Position numbers and translations under genes: made by a program. Under the pieces are notes generated by a model. It ran no database searches and was not told the DNA's origin. It saw nothing but the letters and a program-made list of their open reading frames with translations. Shown here piece by piece: positions 13,431 to 29,219 of a DNA stretch of 64,000 nt (positions are counted from its first letter, which is position 1; the number at the start of each line of letters is the position of its first letter). Source of the DNA: Bispira polyomma (taxonomy: Eukaryota). The stretch covers positions 11,842,001-11,906,000 of the forward strand of contig OZ287751.1 in NCBI GenBank assembly GCA_965649765.1, in the 5' to 3' direction.

Positions 13431-15589
13431 TACAATATAATTACAAAACTTTATATATATACAAACTATATATCATGAAAAGATAAGAAGTTTTACAATT
13501 GGAGAAGTGGTAACTATTACGTAGTTCGCTGGTGGAAGAACACAGTAGTTAGTAAAGGTATTCTGCTCTACAAACCACTGGCCAACTTTCATGAATACAC
13601 ACCAAGGCAGAGATTCAAACTCATGACTGCAGAGGTGAAATCCAATACACAAATATGTAACTTGGGAAGAGCAAAAGATATGTATATATTTGACAGAAAA
13701 ATTCACTCCTATAAAGTCCATACCGTTTGTGTTACTATCAATACAGATACAAAAATGTTTATGTTAAAGTCAATTCAAGCTGTGGAGGCCAATGGCTTAA
13801 TGGTAAGTATTTTTAAAGGATCCCCTGCTGTAACATAAACAGTATGCAAGATATTATATGATATACCTTTGTATTTACTTCGTTTGAAGACTGTAGCCCT
13901 GCAACAGTAATGATAATTAAAGGGATAATGGTCATGTTTTCTAAACCAATGCCATCATCAGTGTCAAACAGTACAAGAGACCAGTATAGATTACCTGTTT
14001 TAGTCTTATTACCCAGGTTGTCATAAAATGACAAGAGTTGTCTATATATTTGAATGAGGACAATAATGAGCAGTACTGAATAGGAGGTATTTTACATGAT
14101 GATATGAGAATAATCAGGCAACAGTTTGATTTTAACAAAAGTAATGGATTTTATTTCATATTCACCTCTTAACATTAAATTTGACAAGTATATACAACAG
14201 CAACACAGGATATTTTGATCTGCAAATATTTTTTAATTAGAGCCAACAGATTTAATTTCAGCAAGGCAACTTTATTTAACAAGCATTACAATTGCAGATT
14301 GGAAAAAATTGCCAGACTTTTGTATTCCAGTGTAACAATTAAAAAAAATAGATATGGCACTGCACTGGAGGTCTATATGTGGATCATCCATATCCCAAGC
14401 TTAAAATCTAGGCACCTTTTGATTTTACCCTTAATTTTACCACCTGTAGCACTAGGGACCAGTCTGGTTGACATTAGAAAGTAGTTTCCAAATCACTTCA
14501 AATAGGAAATGACAAAGTGCTTAAGAAGTCACTCAACTGTCTTTGTCTACATTTTATTATCCCATACCCGTTACTTTTTCTTGCCTTACCATCAAAATAT
14601 GGTAATCAAGAATTTTCGATATGATTTTATTCCATAAGAAGTACAGCTTGAGAAAACATGTTTTAAAAGGAAAATATAAAATATTATATTAAAAGAGTAC
14701 TAGTGTATATTTTGATCTTCTTGTCTCTGCAGAATAAATATAAACTTTTTACAGATATCATAACAAGTTTGTTTAAATATAAAAATGTTTTCATAAATTG
14801 CAAATGCTTTAAGATGATGGTATTTATTGTGACACATCAACCACAAGGGATGGTAATTTGCTCTTAAAGTTTCAGATTTGACCTTGAAAATACCAAATAC
14901 AATGGGTTTGTCTTTAAAGTAATTAAAACTAATACAATATCTGGTTGTTGTTACTGATAAGGCCAAGCATGTTAATTTAAAAACTTAAAAAAAACTTAAA
15001 TACAATTAAGGTTTGTCTTAAAAATGATTATATTTTAATACAATACCTAGTTTTGTTACAAAGGAGGCCATTTGAGTGTTATACAACATTCCCTATAAAG
15101 TTTAACGTTGATATAAAAATATTTGTGACCAGGTATTATTTATTTAAACAAATTTAAAGCATCATCGTGTGTTACAACCATTAATGTATCAATAACCAAT
15201 AATATGTGCACCTTACCAATAATCTTTTTAAATGCAAAATTTCTGACAATTAAAATTGCTTAAACCTGAAGCAAGTTTTATTATTGTCGTATTGATAGAT
15301 TAACGGTTAAAATGTTGATACAGTATTGGTACGGTCATATTTGATAACCTGTAACATTATTGGTTAGGTAAATGTTACAAAGATGAAATATAATTGGTTA
15401 AAGTTTGACATATTTTTAGATGACAACATGCTATTCGTTAAGCAGTGATACATTATTAGTAAGGTTTATATATTATTTGTAAAGTTCATATATTTTTAGT
15501 AAGTGATTCGTCATGGGTTGTAATAAATGTGAATGTGAAAATACAAAATATCCAAAAAAAGCGGTAGAACCAGAGCTAAAAGCTTTGAG

Positions 15590-15822
15590 ACTGTATTTAC
15601 AAAAGGTATTACTCTTAAAATTTAGTCTTAACCATAACATTTTTGTCTAAAATACTTAAGAATGCCGTAGTTAGTCTCAGTGCAAAGTTAACACCAAGCA
15701 AACATATGTTCATAATGTCACTGGGGATAAGACTAAACTCTTAACATTGATGGTCAGAATCAAAGACCAAAGATTTTAAGCTTAAAACTAAGTTAAGAGC
15801 AAGACATTTCGTGAATACAGCA
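15590..15822. mobile_element. Old Harbinger-like MITE
   Basis: Inverted ends CTGTATTTACAAAA / TTTCGTGAATACAG resembling the 46165 TIR. Confidence 0.45.
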
Positions 15823-18800
15823 CCTGTATCATATTTTTGAAATCAGCTAAAATTTAGACACAACTGTAATGAAGGTTAAAATAAAGGTAATACTGAGTGG
15901 TGACTAATAATTAACTGTAACCAAACACATGGTGGGGCCCTAGTTAGAATTGAGGCTATTTTGGAGACATGATGTGTGTGTTTCGGTGTATCGTTTGACT
16001 TAAAGTTATTATTAGTGTATCATTATTTCAAGCTTAGTGACCCTAAGGTATTGCAAGCGACGTAAAACTCAACTTCAATCAAATTCAAATTTCCAAAAGC
16101 TATGAGTAATTACAGTACCTTATACTATATACCTCAACATTGGTAGCAAGTGAATGTTTTGGTCAAATCAGTTATTCATCTACTTTTTTAATATTCTATC
16201 AAATGACTGACTTTCAACTATTTGCAGACCCTTTCAATTTATTTGGTGTACACCATGGATGAAGCATGTGTTTTTTACTAAGTAACTAGACCTAAAAATG
16301 ACGAACAAAAGGCTAAGAGAAGCCATTTAATTGTCACTTACACAGCTATCTCATACCTGTCACGTGATGTCTTGGTTTAAGTACATATTTTTTCCAAAGC
16401 AAATAATCATGTCCAATTTGAGGCATATTTTTTTAGCTCCAAAATAGTTACAAATGGTAAATGCTCTTTCAATTTGATGAAAGTTTTTTTTTTTATATTA
16501 ATGTAATGAGCATGAAGTTTATGATATTTAAGTAGGTGCCAACAATGTGAAGCCATGGTAATTACTCTTGAGACCTGGAATTGTAAAATTAACTCATTTC
16601 TCCAAAAATTCCATAGTTGACTTTAAAAAAAAATTTTTTTTATTTATTACAATATTTTTCTTTCTGTTATACCACAATCACATAAAAAGTCTAAACTTCA
16701 TTAACATTCATTCAGGTGGGATTGAATTATTTTTTTATCAAAAACTTAATATCAATATAAAAACCATGGTTCTCTACTCTAAAAAAGACACTTCAGCTTA
16801 ACTTCACTCAACTCAGAATATTAAGAACATTTTTAATCAATCTTAACCAAAAGTGGGATGAGCGGCTCATAATAAGTATAATTTAGGGGAATAAATTGCA
16901 TTGTTTAGTCAGTATATATTCTGTACATTAAAATCTTCAGCTTTGAATTGTTTTTCAGCTTTTTTCTATATAATTTTAATTTGTAACCAATGAGCCTCAT
17001 ACCACTACTGTTGACTTTATTATTGCATACCAGTACATGATCTAGGATAAACCAATGATTCTAATATTCAGAATTGTCACAAAAAGGCAGTCTAAGAATA
17101 GTTACTTTTGGAAAATCAACTATGGTAGATTATTTGGTAACCATGAAGTAAGATAATTATCACACTAAAATACTTTCAAAGTCTCCAGCTACCTTACTAC
17201 TCGCTTGTATCAAAAGATTATATAATGAATATTAGAACAGTTGTCAACAACTATTTTAAAAATCTAGGTTGGTAGAATAACTGATTAAGTTTTTAAATCA
17301 CCTGACAAATCTCCTCATTTTAAAATCAATCTCACTTTAAATGATGTTGTCTCAAAACAATCCCCCTACCTGGCTACTCTTCTTTCCTTTTGTAACCTTA
17401 AGAGAGGATATCGACTTCCTGTTTCTTCTGCATTTGGTTGGGTTTTAAATCACTTTCAACAGCACAGGTGGAATCTGTTTCTCCTGTAAAACCCACCAAA
17501 GAGTTGGTTCTACAGCTTTCTTAATTGTTGCCCCTGTATGAAATCGTATCTAAATTAAGCTTAGATCACACTGTCTGGAATTAAAGAAAACTTAAAACCT
17601 TATTTCTTTAAACTCGATTGCCCCTCCCCTCCCCCCCTAATTCCCTCCATATACACCCCACATCGTTTCTTATGACGTGGCTATGTTTTGAGGACTTCTT
17701 GATTAATGAATTTTGTTGTTCTTCAGCAGATGTCTCGCATTACAAAGACGAGTTGAAAATCCAAAAGTACAATACATTACAACTGGTCCCAGACAGAATG
17801 TTAAGGAGTCCTACAAATTTCTATTCTGTTCTAATAAAATGTAAAAATTGTCACAAAAAAATTTAAAAATTCAATTTAACAACAGGTTTGTAAGATTAAG
17901 TATGACGATATTGTCGAGATAAAGGCTTGTGCTTTTTCAAGCCAGAGCCATATCAAAACTATATAAGCCCAGACAAATCTCCTTTGCTGACACTCTACAC
18001 TACGCCAGAACCACAAAAACAGTGTAGACAAACGTACAGGGAATGTTTGGGTATAGATTCACCACTTGTATATGTTGTTAGTTACTTCAGTAAAAGCCCT
18101 CTCAGGCTGAAATGTGTGATAGACAAAGAACAGTCTGTGTGCTGAATAGCAGTAATCCGTCTCAAATTTGTAATCAGTGGTTTTTTATATCATTATATAT
18201 AGTATTACTGGTACATCAAGTTATTATTCTATATTGAGCGGAATTTAATACTATTTCTTCATCGGTGAGATTTCTGTGTTCATAGCTAATTGTAACCTTG
18301 GGCACATGAAATTTAACACAGGTTTATGATGGTCTTTTTCATCATTCTATTTATGATCACCCTAGCATTGAGTTACAGATACGTATGTATAGACCGGTGG
18401 TTTAGAATGCTCCAGTACTAGTTCCCTCAACTGTTTCCTGGCCGTCATGATATACCTTAAGCTGTTGAAAGTGATGTAAAACCCAACTAAATTCTAAAGC
18501 ACCACATCATTTGACTGTAAGACGGAAGGGATAGTTCTACAACCTAAAATTTGTCTTCGTCACTCGCCTGTTTGCTTTTTGCTCAAGGATATTATTTCCA
18601 ACTTAGGACCTTCTGATTGCCAGATCAGCCAAAATTTATACTGAAAAAATGTTTTGTCACACGACCATCAAGACATCTGGTGGTTATTTAAATGCCAGAT
18701 GAAACTTTAATTAAGCATGCATGGTTACCATGTTTTCAAAAACACAGATAAGATATGGTAATTATAGCTAATTTAGTTCTATTTAAACATTTCTGTTTCA

Positions 18801-20168
18801 TTTTAACTAATTTTAGCCAATTTTTGTGAATGTCAGTAACGTTTTCTTGATTAAACTGAATCGAGAAAATATAGCATCTAAGTGACAAATGTGACACTAC
18901 AGCTGGATTTGTAAAGGGTGTTTTCTTTATTACGAATTGGGATGCATTGTCTTGCATTTTGGGGAGTGGGCTGCATTTTTGGACTAAAAATAACATTCAG
19001 TGATGTAGATAAATACATTTCTTAACAGCATAATATGTACATATATCACATGTTTACTACCTTAGCAACAATCTACACAAATTATTAAAAAAAAACAGTT
19101 CCCGTTTTACTTGCAAGAATATACATAAAAGCTAATGATCTAGACATATGTCTTCCTTGGTTTCCAAACTTACAGGAGCTTCACGACAGAAGATAATAAA
19201 TGACCTGTCATATTCTTTAGCCTAGCTTCTCATAAAATGACAAGGGATGGCTGAGTATATCTTCTTGATATGGATAATAAGCCTTCTTTATTGCTGGACA
19301 AAAATATGGTACAACGAAGTTAACAACAAGGAAATGTTTTACTTCCATGTTTTAAATTGTCTTATTTATAGCTATTGCTTGCCATTACTCTTATTACAGG
19401 TTTCTTAATATGTAAGACTTTTTTATACTATTTTGCTTAGTTATTAGTTATTATTATAGAAAAATTTAAAAAGCGCCAAATTAATATGATATCTTCCTAG
19501 GCAATGGTTGTCCTAATGGTCAGTCGGTCAGCCCAATACTTCCAAGCCTCCTTGTTTTGGTACTTACATTTTTTTGCCAAAATTTACTTACAGAAATACA
19601 CTTAAATATCATACAGAATGAGAGCAAATATATTTATCTTAGAAAAAATATTTAATATTGCTGGTATCCAATTCAGAAATTTTTTGTCTTATTATTTGAT
19701 TATAGAGGATGGCACTGGTGGTTCATTAAGGACAAATCCAATATTGCTGAAACTTATTTCTTTAAAATCTCCTAGTGAACTTCTACTGAATCCCTAATGG
19801 AAAATATTTTTTTCACCATAAACCAATTTTTTCGACTAATTCTCCATTGCTTGTTAAAAACACAATCCCCTTAGTTATTTGGGACAGTATTCAAAATGCA
19901 TTAAATGTACATTTTCCAGACAATAAAGAGACAACACTTTAACATTTAGCTAGTAGTACAGAACATTATTCAATTGTCAGCTCAAAAAAATAGTAACAGT
20001 AATTTCAAAAATTTTCCCTTGAGGTTCAGCGTCGATAATGTCACACAAAACACCACTCTATGCACACCTCAATCACTTTTAGTATTCTTGTTTCTATTTG
20101 CTATAACATTGCTAAAGTGACTTATACCGCTGTTCCACTATGCCGATCATACACCTTAACGATTATAA

Positions 20169-20649
20169 GTTTGGGCACCATTATCATGGACGATTCGCCC
20201 CACTAACCATCTTTTCTCTTGATGAAAAGACTTATCTTTTCCAATCGGAGAGGTTTTTTAAACATGTTAAATCTGTGAATAAGTCTGTATCAGCTGACCA
20301 ATCAGGGCCCTCTAGAGTTTTCCTTTCCTTCTAATGACTTATCTCTTTCAGTTAAGACTTATCTTTTTCTTACAACGACTTATCTCTTTTAGTTAAGACT
20401 TATCTTTGCTTCCTACGAATTATCTTTTGATGAAAAGACTTATCTCTTCCAAAAATTTAACGTTATTTTTATGAGATCGTGGTGGGTTTAAGACCTATCT
20501 TTTTCAGTTTAAACTTATCTTTTCCTTCCAACTACTTCTCTTTTGGGCCCTCCGGACTTTTTTATCTTTATATGCAAATTTTACCGCCTTTTTTCAAAAA
20601 TCGTGGGGAAATGCCAAGGATTGGCCGGGATCATATAATCGGGGCCCCT
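20169..20649. mobile_element. Probable non-autonomous DNA transposon with internal GACTTATCT(T/C)TT repeats
   Basis: Many GACTTATCTTT units. Right end ..GGGGCCCCT|TTAA; weak left match GGGCACCATTAT. Confidence 0.4.
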
Positions 20650-23600
20650 TTAAAGTATAGTATTGATAGTGGAACAGCACTCACAAATAAATATTTTATC
20701 AATAGCACAGTGGCCATATTTCTCCTCTACATTGAAATAATTTCTACTTTTGACTATTAATTTTATCAGAGCTTTCCGTTCTAATTACAAGGATTTAAAA
20801 TATATTTACTCCTGCTAGTAATAAATAAGAAACACTTAGATTTTAGCTTGAGTCTTAGTTGAGCTTGATATTTTTGAAGAATAAAGCCACATGTTTCTGG
20901 TTGGACTGAAGATAAATAAAATTAGACTGCACACTTAAATTTGAATTTTTACTTTTACAATGCTTTAACCAGCTAGTGCCATATCAATACAGACAGATTC
21001 AATGGTGGAAGAAACCAGTGCTGAAGTCACTGTAAACTGCTTACCTAGCTTTTCCTATATGAAGGAACAAACACAATGGTGAGACGCCAGTGATTGTAAA
21101 GCAGACGCTTTTAACTACTGGGTCACTGCACCACTGACTGCATACTTGAATTGTGTGCTATTAAAGCTTTATTTAAATGAATGGTCACACAAAAAGGCTT
21201 CTTCCCATATACAAAAATTACACATAGCCACCATCTCAGTTGAGTCTGTATGAGTTTGTGCTTGGGTTCCATTTAAGAATACGGGTCCTGGTTTTCCTAA
21301 TCCTTATGCTTGAACCTTATTGTACCCAAACAGGAATTTGTTTTAACGAGGTCGCCAATAAATCATTATTATGCATGATGCAGATATAGTAATTCTGGTA
21401 AGTTTGATTCCTTCCTGCTTATAAATAACAATGACTGTATGAGAAGTACATTTGCATTAGGCAAAAACTTAATTACCCATATACTCATCGAAAAAAAACA
21501 TATCGAAATGTAGCTCTTGATCAATTTGAATCATTGTCTTTTTTTGTCATTTTTTTTTTCAGGTGTGCGAGATTTAAAAGTGGATGTTCCATTAATTTTA
21601 GGTGTCATATGTTATAAGTTGCACAACAATCGGATGTACTTTCAGAGTTTTTTAATATGAATTTGACCTTGATAAGCCAATCAGAATCCCTGATCAAGTG
21701 ATGGAGCTATTTGTGGAACAAAAGTAGACAACATGGTCACTATTTTATTCTAAAAATAGTAATACAAGTCTATGTACTGGGGACTTGTATTCTAAAAATA
21801 GTAATACAAGTCTTTGTACTGGAGTCTCCCCTATTTATTTCAAGGCTTTGTTGAGGTAGGCAGTAGCAATAACTCTTCTGTGTGTTTACGTGCAATAAAA
21901 GAGAACAGAATTTTTATGAAAGCCCATAAAGTAGTTGGGGTTTTTTGGGGAGATAAATCTATTTGAAAACACCTTTGAAGACTGCAGCAAAAAACAGAAT
22001 TGCATTTGTATGGATTAATGGACATTCTAACCCTTTATGTCTTAAGAACATTTTAACCTGCTAGCACGAACTTGTATGGATGTACCCATCGCCAACGTCC
22101 AGTTCCTACCTCTAAATCAGTATTCCTGGTTTAATGGTCAGGGTATAATAGGAAGAAGGGAAACTTAATACCTGAAGGTAGTAGCAAGTTATGGTAACCA
22201 TTAGCTACAGTTTTAGGCTACTTAGATGTATAATAGAAGCTTTATTATGCCAACTCTTGTACAAATATTAAATTTTTTACCTCTATCCCACTCTACCAAA
22301 TTGAGGTTATTTTCCTGTTATTATGTACAGAAATGTTTCTTGCATTTTATGAACTTAATATTATCCTAAGAAAATCTTGCATCTGAACATTTCTACAAAA
22401 TGACGTCAGAAGTTGTATACCATCCAATGTCGTTCAGTATGCTAGACTTCTTCAAGGCTTTTTTTGTGTTTATAGTTTCTCAGCAAATAACCAATAAAAC
22501 AGTTGACTTCATCCATCATAACCTTACATGAGACACCAATCCAATCAAATTAGAGATTTGCAAAGGAACTACAGTGACAAAGTGGCATTATTTGACTCCC
22601 CCCTTTGTTTATGACTTGTGTGCCTAATAAGTACAGGGTCCCAGTTCAAGTGCTAGGCCCTTGTTCAAGGTTAAATATTTCTTGGCAAATTGCTGCTACA
22701 CCAGGGACAATACTTCTCAAAGGTATCAAACTTAAACTAGTGCTGACACTCAAATATCACATAGAAAAGGAATTTTATTATTCATTGGAATGTCCTTAGT
22801 ATTCAGTTAGTAGCTTTAAGATAGAAACTCAACTATGCAGTCAGAATTTAGATATCATTATTGTACATATATTAAGATTATTGTAAAAAACAGCTTCTGG
22901 TACAATATTTGTCCTATGTAGTTAAACTTGGCTACACTACACCGAATTAATGGAGACAAAAGCTAGCCATGTCAGCATACATTTAATAGAGATTATACTG
23001 AGAATAAACTAACATATCCAGTCAAGTTTTAGATATATTTGTGTATTAAACCACACAAACATTAAGACATAGAATAAGAATATGGACTAAACTGATATTA
23101 TATAACATACGACATTAAAACAGAAAGTTTTTTTTTTTTGGCATGTATGTAATATCCTGTTAAATCTGTCAAAATAGCGTGCTTGTGGGTTTGATTTGTT
23201 TTTCATTTCCTCCTTTAAATATACAGTAATAGATCCCAGTGCAGCTGGTAATATCATACTTCATCCCTTTCTTTAAAGAAGGATTTGCCCAACTTAACTT
23301 CTAACCTATCTTTTTTATAACTTTAACATATTAAATAGAGCAAATATAGCAAGGGCAAGGGTCACAATTTGATTTCTCCATCATTGCGACAAATTGATTT
23401 CTCCATACATCATTGAACATAAAATCACTGAAATAACATATATTATTATATTTGTGTGAGTTTTACATGTTTGTTATTCATTAATTGCTGTAATGTTGTT
23501 TCCTTGTGACTACTACACTTACTTAGTAACACAGATGCCATGGGTTCAATCCAATATACTGGGTAAAGACCACTTAAAATGGTGGTCTTCTCTTAGAAGG

Positions 23601-23882
23601 TGTTAACTAATCTCTGCACATTTTTAAATCTATGGCCATTACAAACCTCCTGCCTAAGTCTTTTTGTGCCAGTGGAGTTAAGAAAGGTTTAGACACATCA
23701 TTTTCTGTCGGCAATGGGTACAAATCAGACATCTAAACCCTCTCTGCGACAGCGGAAGCCTGTTGGCCAACTGTGTTTCTTGAGATTTGATGACCCAGTG
23801 CAGACGAGTTATCAATGATTTTAAAGCACAGTAATGTTCAGTTAGTTTGTCATTAACAATATTTAAATTTTTTAAAACATGT

Positions 23883-23968
23883 CACAGCCAGTAGGATTCG
23901 AACAACCTGCGAGAATAGAACCCATTCGAATTCAAGACTAACGCCTTAACCACTCGGGCAATGACTGC
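23883..23968 (-). pseudogene. tRNA-Ser(UGA) pseudogene
   Basis: GCAGTCATTGCCCGAGTGGTTAAGGCG..CT-TGA-AT, long variable arm, CAGG(TTG)TTCGAATCCTACTGGCTGTG. Mismatched stems and a 3-nt duplication in the T arm. Confidence 0.75.
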
Positions 23969-26900
23969 CAATATTTTATCAATCTGAGTGTATTTTCTGA
24001 CAACAGATATGTTTTTTTAGTTACTCAGATATGGGCACAAAAATTATAGTGTAGTTTGATAAATAAATGCTGTTTATTATGTTTTACTATTATGGGTGAG
24101 TTTTCTTCTTGGCTTCTCCACAAACAAATCCATTTGCTGTCTTTATCGTATGGTTTGCTTGTAATAATACAAGTTGTAATGGGTAACACATTCGCTTAAG
24201 TTATGTGTCCTACTGAGTATACCTCTCCAGAAGCAGTACACTGACTGTACAGTTCATTAAGCAAATTAAAACTAAAAAGTATCATATCTTTATCAACTTT
24301 GCTGCTTTAATGAAAAAAAGAATGGATGCATGGCATACTGTTTCAGGTTGAGTTTAATATACAGGAATAGTGGTGAATAGACCCATTGGACCCAGTTTTC
24401 CTGGTAGAATCAAGAAAGACTAAAAAAAATGTTATAGACTTATTATGTCGAAGGAATAGTTATCAACATTGCATTGTCACACCAAGGCGTAAATCTGCAG
24501 TAATTACACTGTATGCAGATGATTCAGCATTCTGTGACTAAACAACATTTCTCAAACCTGTGCCAAACCGTTTGTGTGTACCAGCCTCACTAGCCACGTA
24601 TATCTAGTTACAATTGCTCAGAAACAACAGTGCCTTCTTTTTATACACATATTCACTGGTAAAGATGTATTGAATCAAATGTCCAACATATGTCCTCGTA
24701 ATTACATGCTTTCATGACAATCTAATATAGAGAAGAAAAACTGACACCTAGTAAATATGGATGGCACTAATTAAATTGCACAGCTCCTTTCATTTTATTT
24801 ATATACATTTATATATACAGCAAATAAGAAGGCAAAATCTATTTTATTTTTTTATGTTTAATTTTTTTGACACCCTGCAAAAGACCAGATACCTCTAGTC
24901 TATTTGTTGGTTCAATGTTGGGTGGGGGAGTTTGACTATTTTTGTTTTTAATGTGTTTACAGATATCGAGGAATGCGCCAGTAGATATTGCAGAAAAGCT
25001 ATGAATGGTGTTTCCATAAAACTATAGATACCCAAGAGTATTTAGTCTTGTGTGAAAAGAGTCAATTATCATAACATACTTCTACATTTATATATAACAT
25101 ATACTACTGGTGCTGTGTTAGAGAACAGAATAGTCCATGTAACATTTTCAGGAACTTTACAATGTTGACTTGTACTATCTCCAGTTACCAATTCAGTTAA
25201 TACTAGATATAGGGCATAAACTAAAGACACAATGAATACCAAATCATCCCCTCGTCTGGTTTAAAGAATCAAGTCACAAACTTCTTGTGTTTATTCAACA
25301 GTTCTAAAATGAGAGGATAACACAAACCATGCCTTCCCCCAAGTGAATTACATGCTCCTGAGCAACCCCTTATGATTAGCAGACTATTCTCAATGTGTTT
25401 ATGGTAATTACCAATCCCGGATAACATGATTAGCATGATAAAGTTGTATCCATAATGTCGATGATAGAATTGGCAGGACCATTTGAATATGGACGGAACT
25501 CTTGGGAAAGACTTATTACATAAACATTGAGTCAAGAACATCAGTATATGATTTACTCTAAACATTAAGATAATTAAAAATTGACCATGCCATACTTTGT
25601 GCTTATTTACATGCATCACTTCATGGTCATTGTTTTACCATGAGTTGTCTTTTAAACAAAGACATTGGCGCACAGTGTGACTGACACCCCTCCGGCCGAG
25701 TCCATTGCCTCCAACCATTCCATAAATGTCTTACATATTTTTTCGAATATTTATAAATTTCATCTCAGTACCTAAATTGTATTTTAAATAAGAGTGAAAT
25801 ACTAGATACTCTTTTTGCAATAGTGGAACCCGGGTCCTACTAATACGTCAGAGACTTTCTTTATTTCACTCTCCCCAGCTTTGCCTGATAATTGCCTGAT
25901 AATATAAATCTGTCACCTCTTAGTTTTGCCGGGCCGATTCCTTCCATCAAATCCGTGAAGATATGACATATTTCAACATGGCCGTGCTATTTTCAAAATG
26001 TAATCAATATCAACCTGCATCTGATAAAGAGACTTTACATTAAAGTCAGCTTCTATGTACAATGTGCTGATGTTTTGAAACATACAATTTGTTTCCTTTA
26101 TACTTAGTCTGTTTGTAATGCCATATGGAAGTGCATTGGAGGATCAATATCGTTGCAAAATTTTCTATTGACCTTGTAGTAAGAATCAATTAACACTAAA
26201 TGATCATATTTTCTTCAAACTTCGTATTTAAGACTAAATCCTTGCTCAGAAGAACACGGCTGGGTCGTATTAGCACACATACTAGGATGGATTATTAGTG
26301 TGTCAAACATAGAATATTTCCATTTTTTGGCTTATTTTTTAAACCATGAAATTGTTATTTCTCAACATTTGTTCTCAGCTACCAAACATAAAACATAAAC
26401 ATGAAAGCAAAAATCCTCACTGCACGATTTTTACCATATAAACAATCCGTACAAAAAAATCTATAATTTGACATTGTTTTCCGTACTGGTAATCTGTATT
26501 GGTCTTCCGTACATTATGCGGCATCTGTATACATCTGCACAGTGCTTAACATTAAGTACATTAAGATTTTTTTGTGGGGGAGGGGGGGGGGAATAAAACC
26601 CCCAGAAAAGACAAATATTACCCTAAGCCCGAGCATGTGATGGGAACTGTTATTAGTGACTATCCCCAAATTATTGATGTTTATGTACTATAATCTCACC
26701 ACAGGGAATTTTAACCATATTCCTATCACACACATCAGCTTGTGTTGGCTGGGGAAACTTTACTACAAACATTATAAGCTATCAGATGGTCTGAACCCAC
26801 TCGCCTATTTATCTTTTTTACTGCAATAAATGATAGCAATGACTTAAAAATACTTAAAGCCACCATGTATAAGGAATTTACAGCAAATAGTGTCACAAGA

Positions 26901-29219
26901 ACAGCTGTGTGAATGCCTGGGAAAAAATATGCGTATGTGCTGTTTCAATAAAAAGGATTTATGGAGATATTAATGTACCTAATGGGTGATTAGATGCTCA
27001 TATAAGTGTACTGCACATGCTCACATAAATGTTGTTGAGCCAATATGAATACCCATAGCAAATACAACTACTCCTCAAGGCTATATTCATCATCGAATTG
27101 ACTTCAAAATTCTTGTTCATAGTTTTAACTGTCTACACAATACAGCACCTTCATATTTGTTAAAACTTAAAAAAACCTTACAAGCCAATATGTCATCTAA
27201 GATCTCAAGAACAGGACAGGCTGACTGAGTACAGATCATACAATAGATCTGATGACGCTTCATTTACTGTGGCTGATATTCATTTTTGGAGTGCAAATAG
27301 TAACAATAATAATTGAAACATTTCTAACGCGCCAAATTCATGAGAACATCTTCTGAAGGGCTGATATCCAAAAAGGGAAAGTCCAGGGGCAAGCAAAGGG
27401 TTTTATCAGAAAATCATTCACTGTAATCCAAGTACTCTATAATGTTGTATAAGGACTCCATTCGGGATATCGGTGCCTAATATTACATGTATAAATCACA
27501 ATTCAATAAAAGTATTCTCTAAGCTAACAATTCAATAAAAGTATTCTCTAAGCTAACATAAGTACAGCACACCAAATATCAGTATACTACAAGTATTATA
27601 ATTGCCCAAAATGAATATAGCTACTCTACAAAGTAATGTCGGCATTATTTTGGCTCATAATATAAATACTTAAAGCTAATACCAGAAGGTAATTACTCTA
27701 ATATTAGGAAGTAATCTATAGGCTTGCTTACATACAAAAACACATTACTACATAACTTCTGCATGGGACATTGCTGCTTTAGGCAATCACCATCTGCCAG
27801 ATAGGACCCTTTGCTATTACATTGTTTGTTTATCTGTATCTATATAAATACTTTTGTATTTACATGTATATTTAGACCAATATCTAGAGCTTCCTCTATA
27901 AGAAAAATGATATTCTTTGAAGATTCCAAACTAGCTTTATAGTCTAACATCCCACGCTTCCACACCTGACTAGCTTCTTTATGGCCCTTACTTCAGACAA
28001 GTCACTGGGGGCAGCTCTTGATGTGTTATACAAGAGGGGAACAAAGGAACTTGTTGGATAGCACATCAAAAATAGTTATATATACATGTGTCAGATCTCG
28101 ATGGTTTATTTGCTAATGCAACTTGAATATAGAAAAAAAGCTTTGAAAATTTGATTAAAACACTCAACAAGTATTACTTGTAAAGGTCTCTGGGGCTCCT
28201 AATTCCCATAAAATCCTGGTTATTGCCAGTAATAGTGTTAATGCTGGGAATTCAAATGACGCAGACTTACAATTTTCAATAGCAAACTAAATTACAGATT
28301 TTATTTTTAGTGTTAAATATACATTGGTTTAAGGTGACTTTTCTGAACTGCCCAGATACAACCAACCAGTATTAGTAACTATCATTACTCCAAAATAAAA
28401 ATAGATCAATGTCCAATGACAGAAGACCACCATTTTGAATATGTGAGATTTTTAATACTAGATAAAAATTCCTTAAACCTGTTTGTTTCATTAATAGTAT
28501 AACAGGTCAACAATACTAATAATACCATTTACTACCTCATAAAACTAGCATATTTAATCCAGTATTGAAGTTTATCTTTGGCACATCATATTAAAATTTT
28601 CCGCCTGTTGATAAAATGTATTTAAATGCTCATAATGTATCTCAATTTATATACGGCCCTATAAAGCCTGTAATAGCTATTCCTCTCACAATTTGTCTAT
28701 TTCATGTCACTCTTCTTTTTAATAAAAAAAATATCCTTTTAAAATTTCTGTCACAAATGAAATACCTGGTTGATTTCCAGAATCTTATCAAAAACTAAAG
28801 GTGATATCTAGCATAATCAGGCACTAAAATGTATCAAGACAATGATCACATGAAAGATTCTTTATTGGTCAGGAACTAATAATTAGAATGATAATAACAA
28901 GGCAAAATTGCTTTTAAGTATTTTATTATGGGTAGCTAAGCCAACTAATTTGTGTGGTATTAGTCATATTTATAGTCCCCATTAGTGAAGAGAAGCTTCT
29001 GACCTTTTGCACTAACAAGCACAATCCCTTTTTTCACCTCCGCCTAGCAGCTTCACTCGTGTTCATTTGTGTGGGGGTTTTTCGTCACCAGGAGTACATG
29101 TAAACTACTGAACCAATTTGCCTGGGGACGAATTATTATATTTTGGAGATGAACAGGGGTACAAATGAAAATCCACAAATGTGAAACCGTGGCACATTGG
29201 TTGATAATATATAATCGAA

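Noticed and set aside
25240-25760. Possible degraded coding fragment (ORF 25269-25619 and neighbouring frames)
   Set aside because: No recognisable motif in any frame by eye; would need BLASTX.
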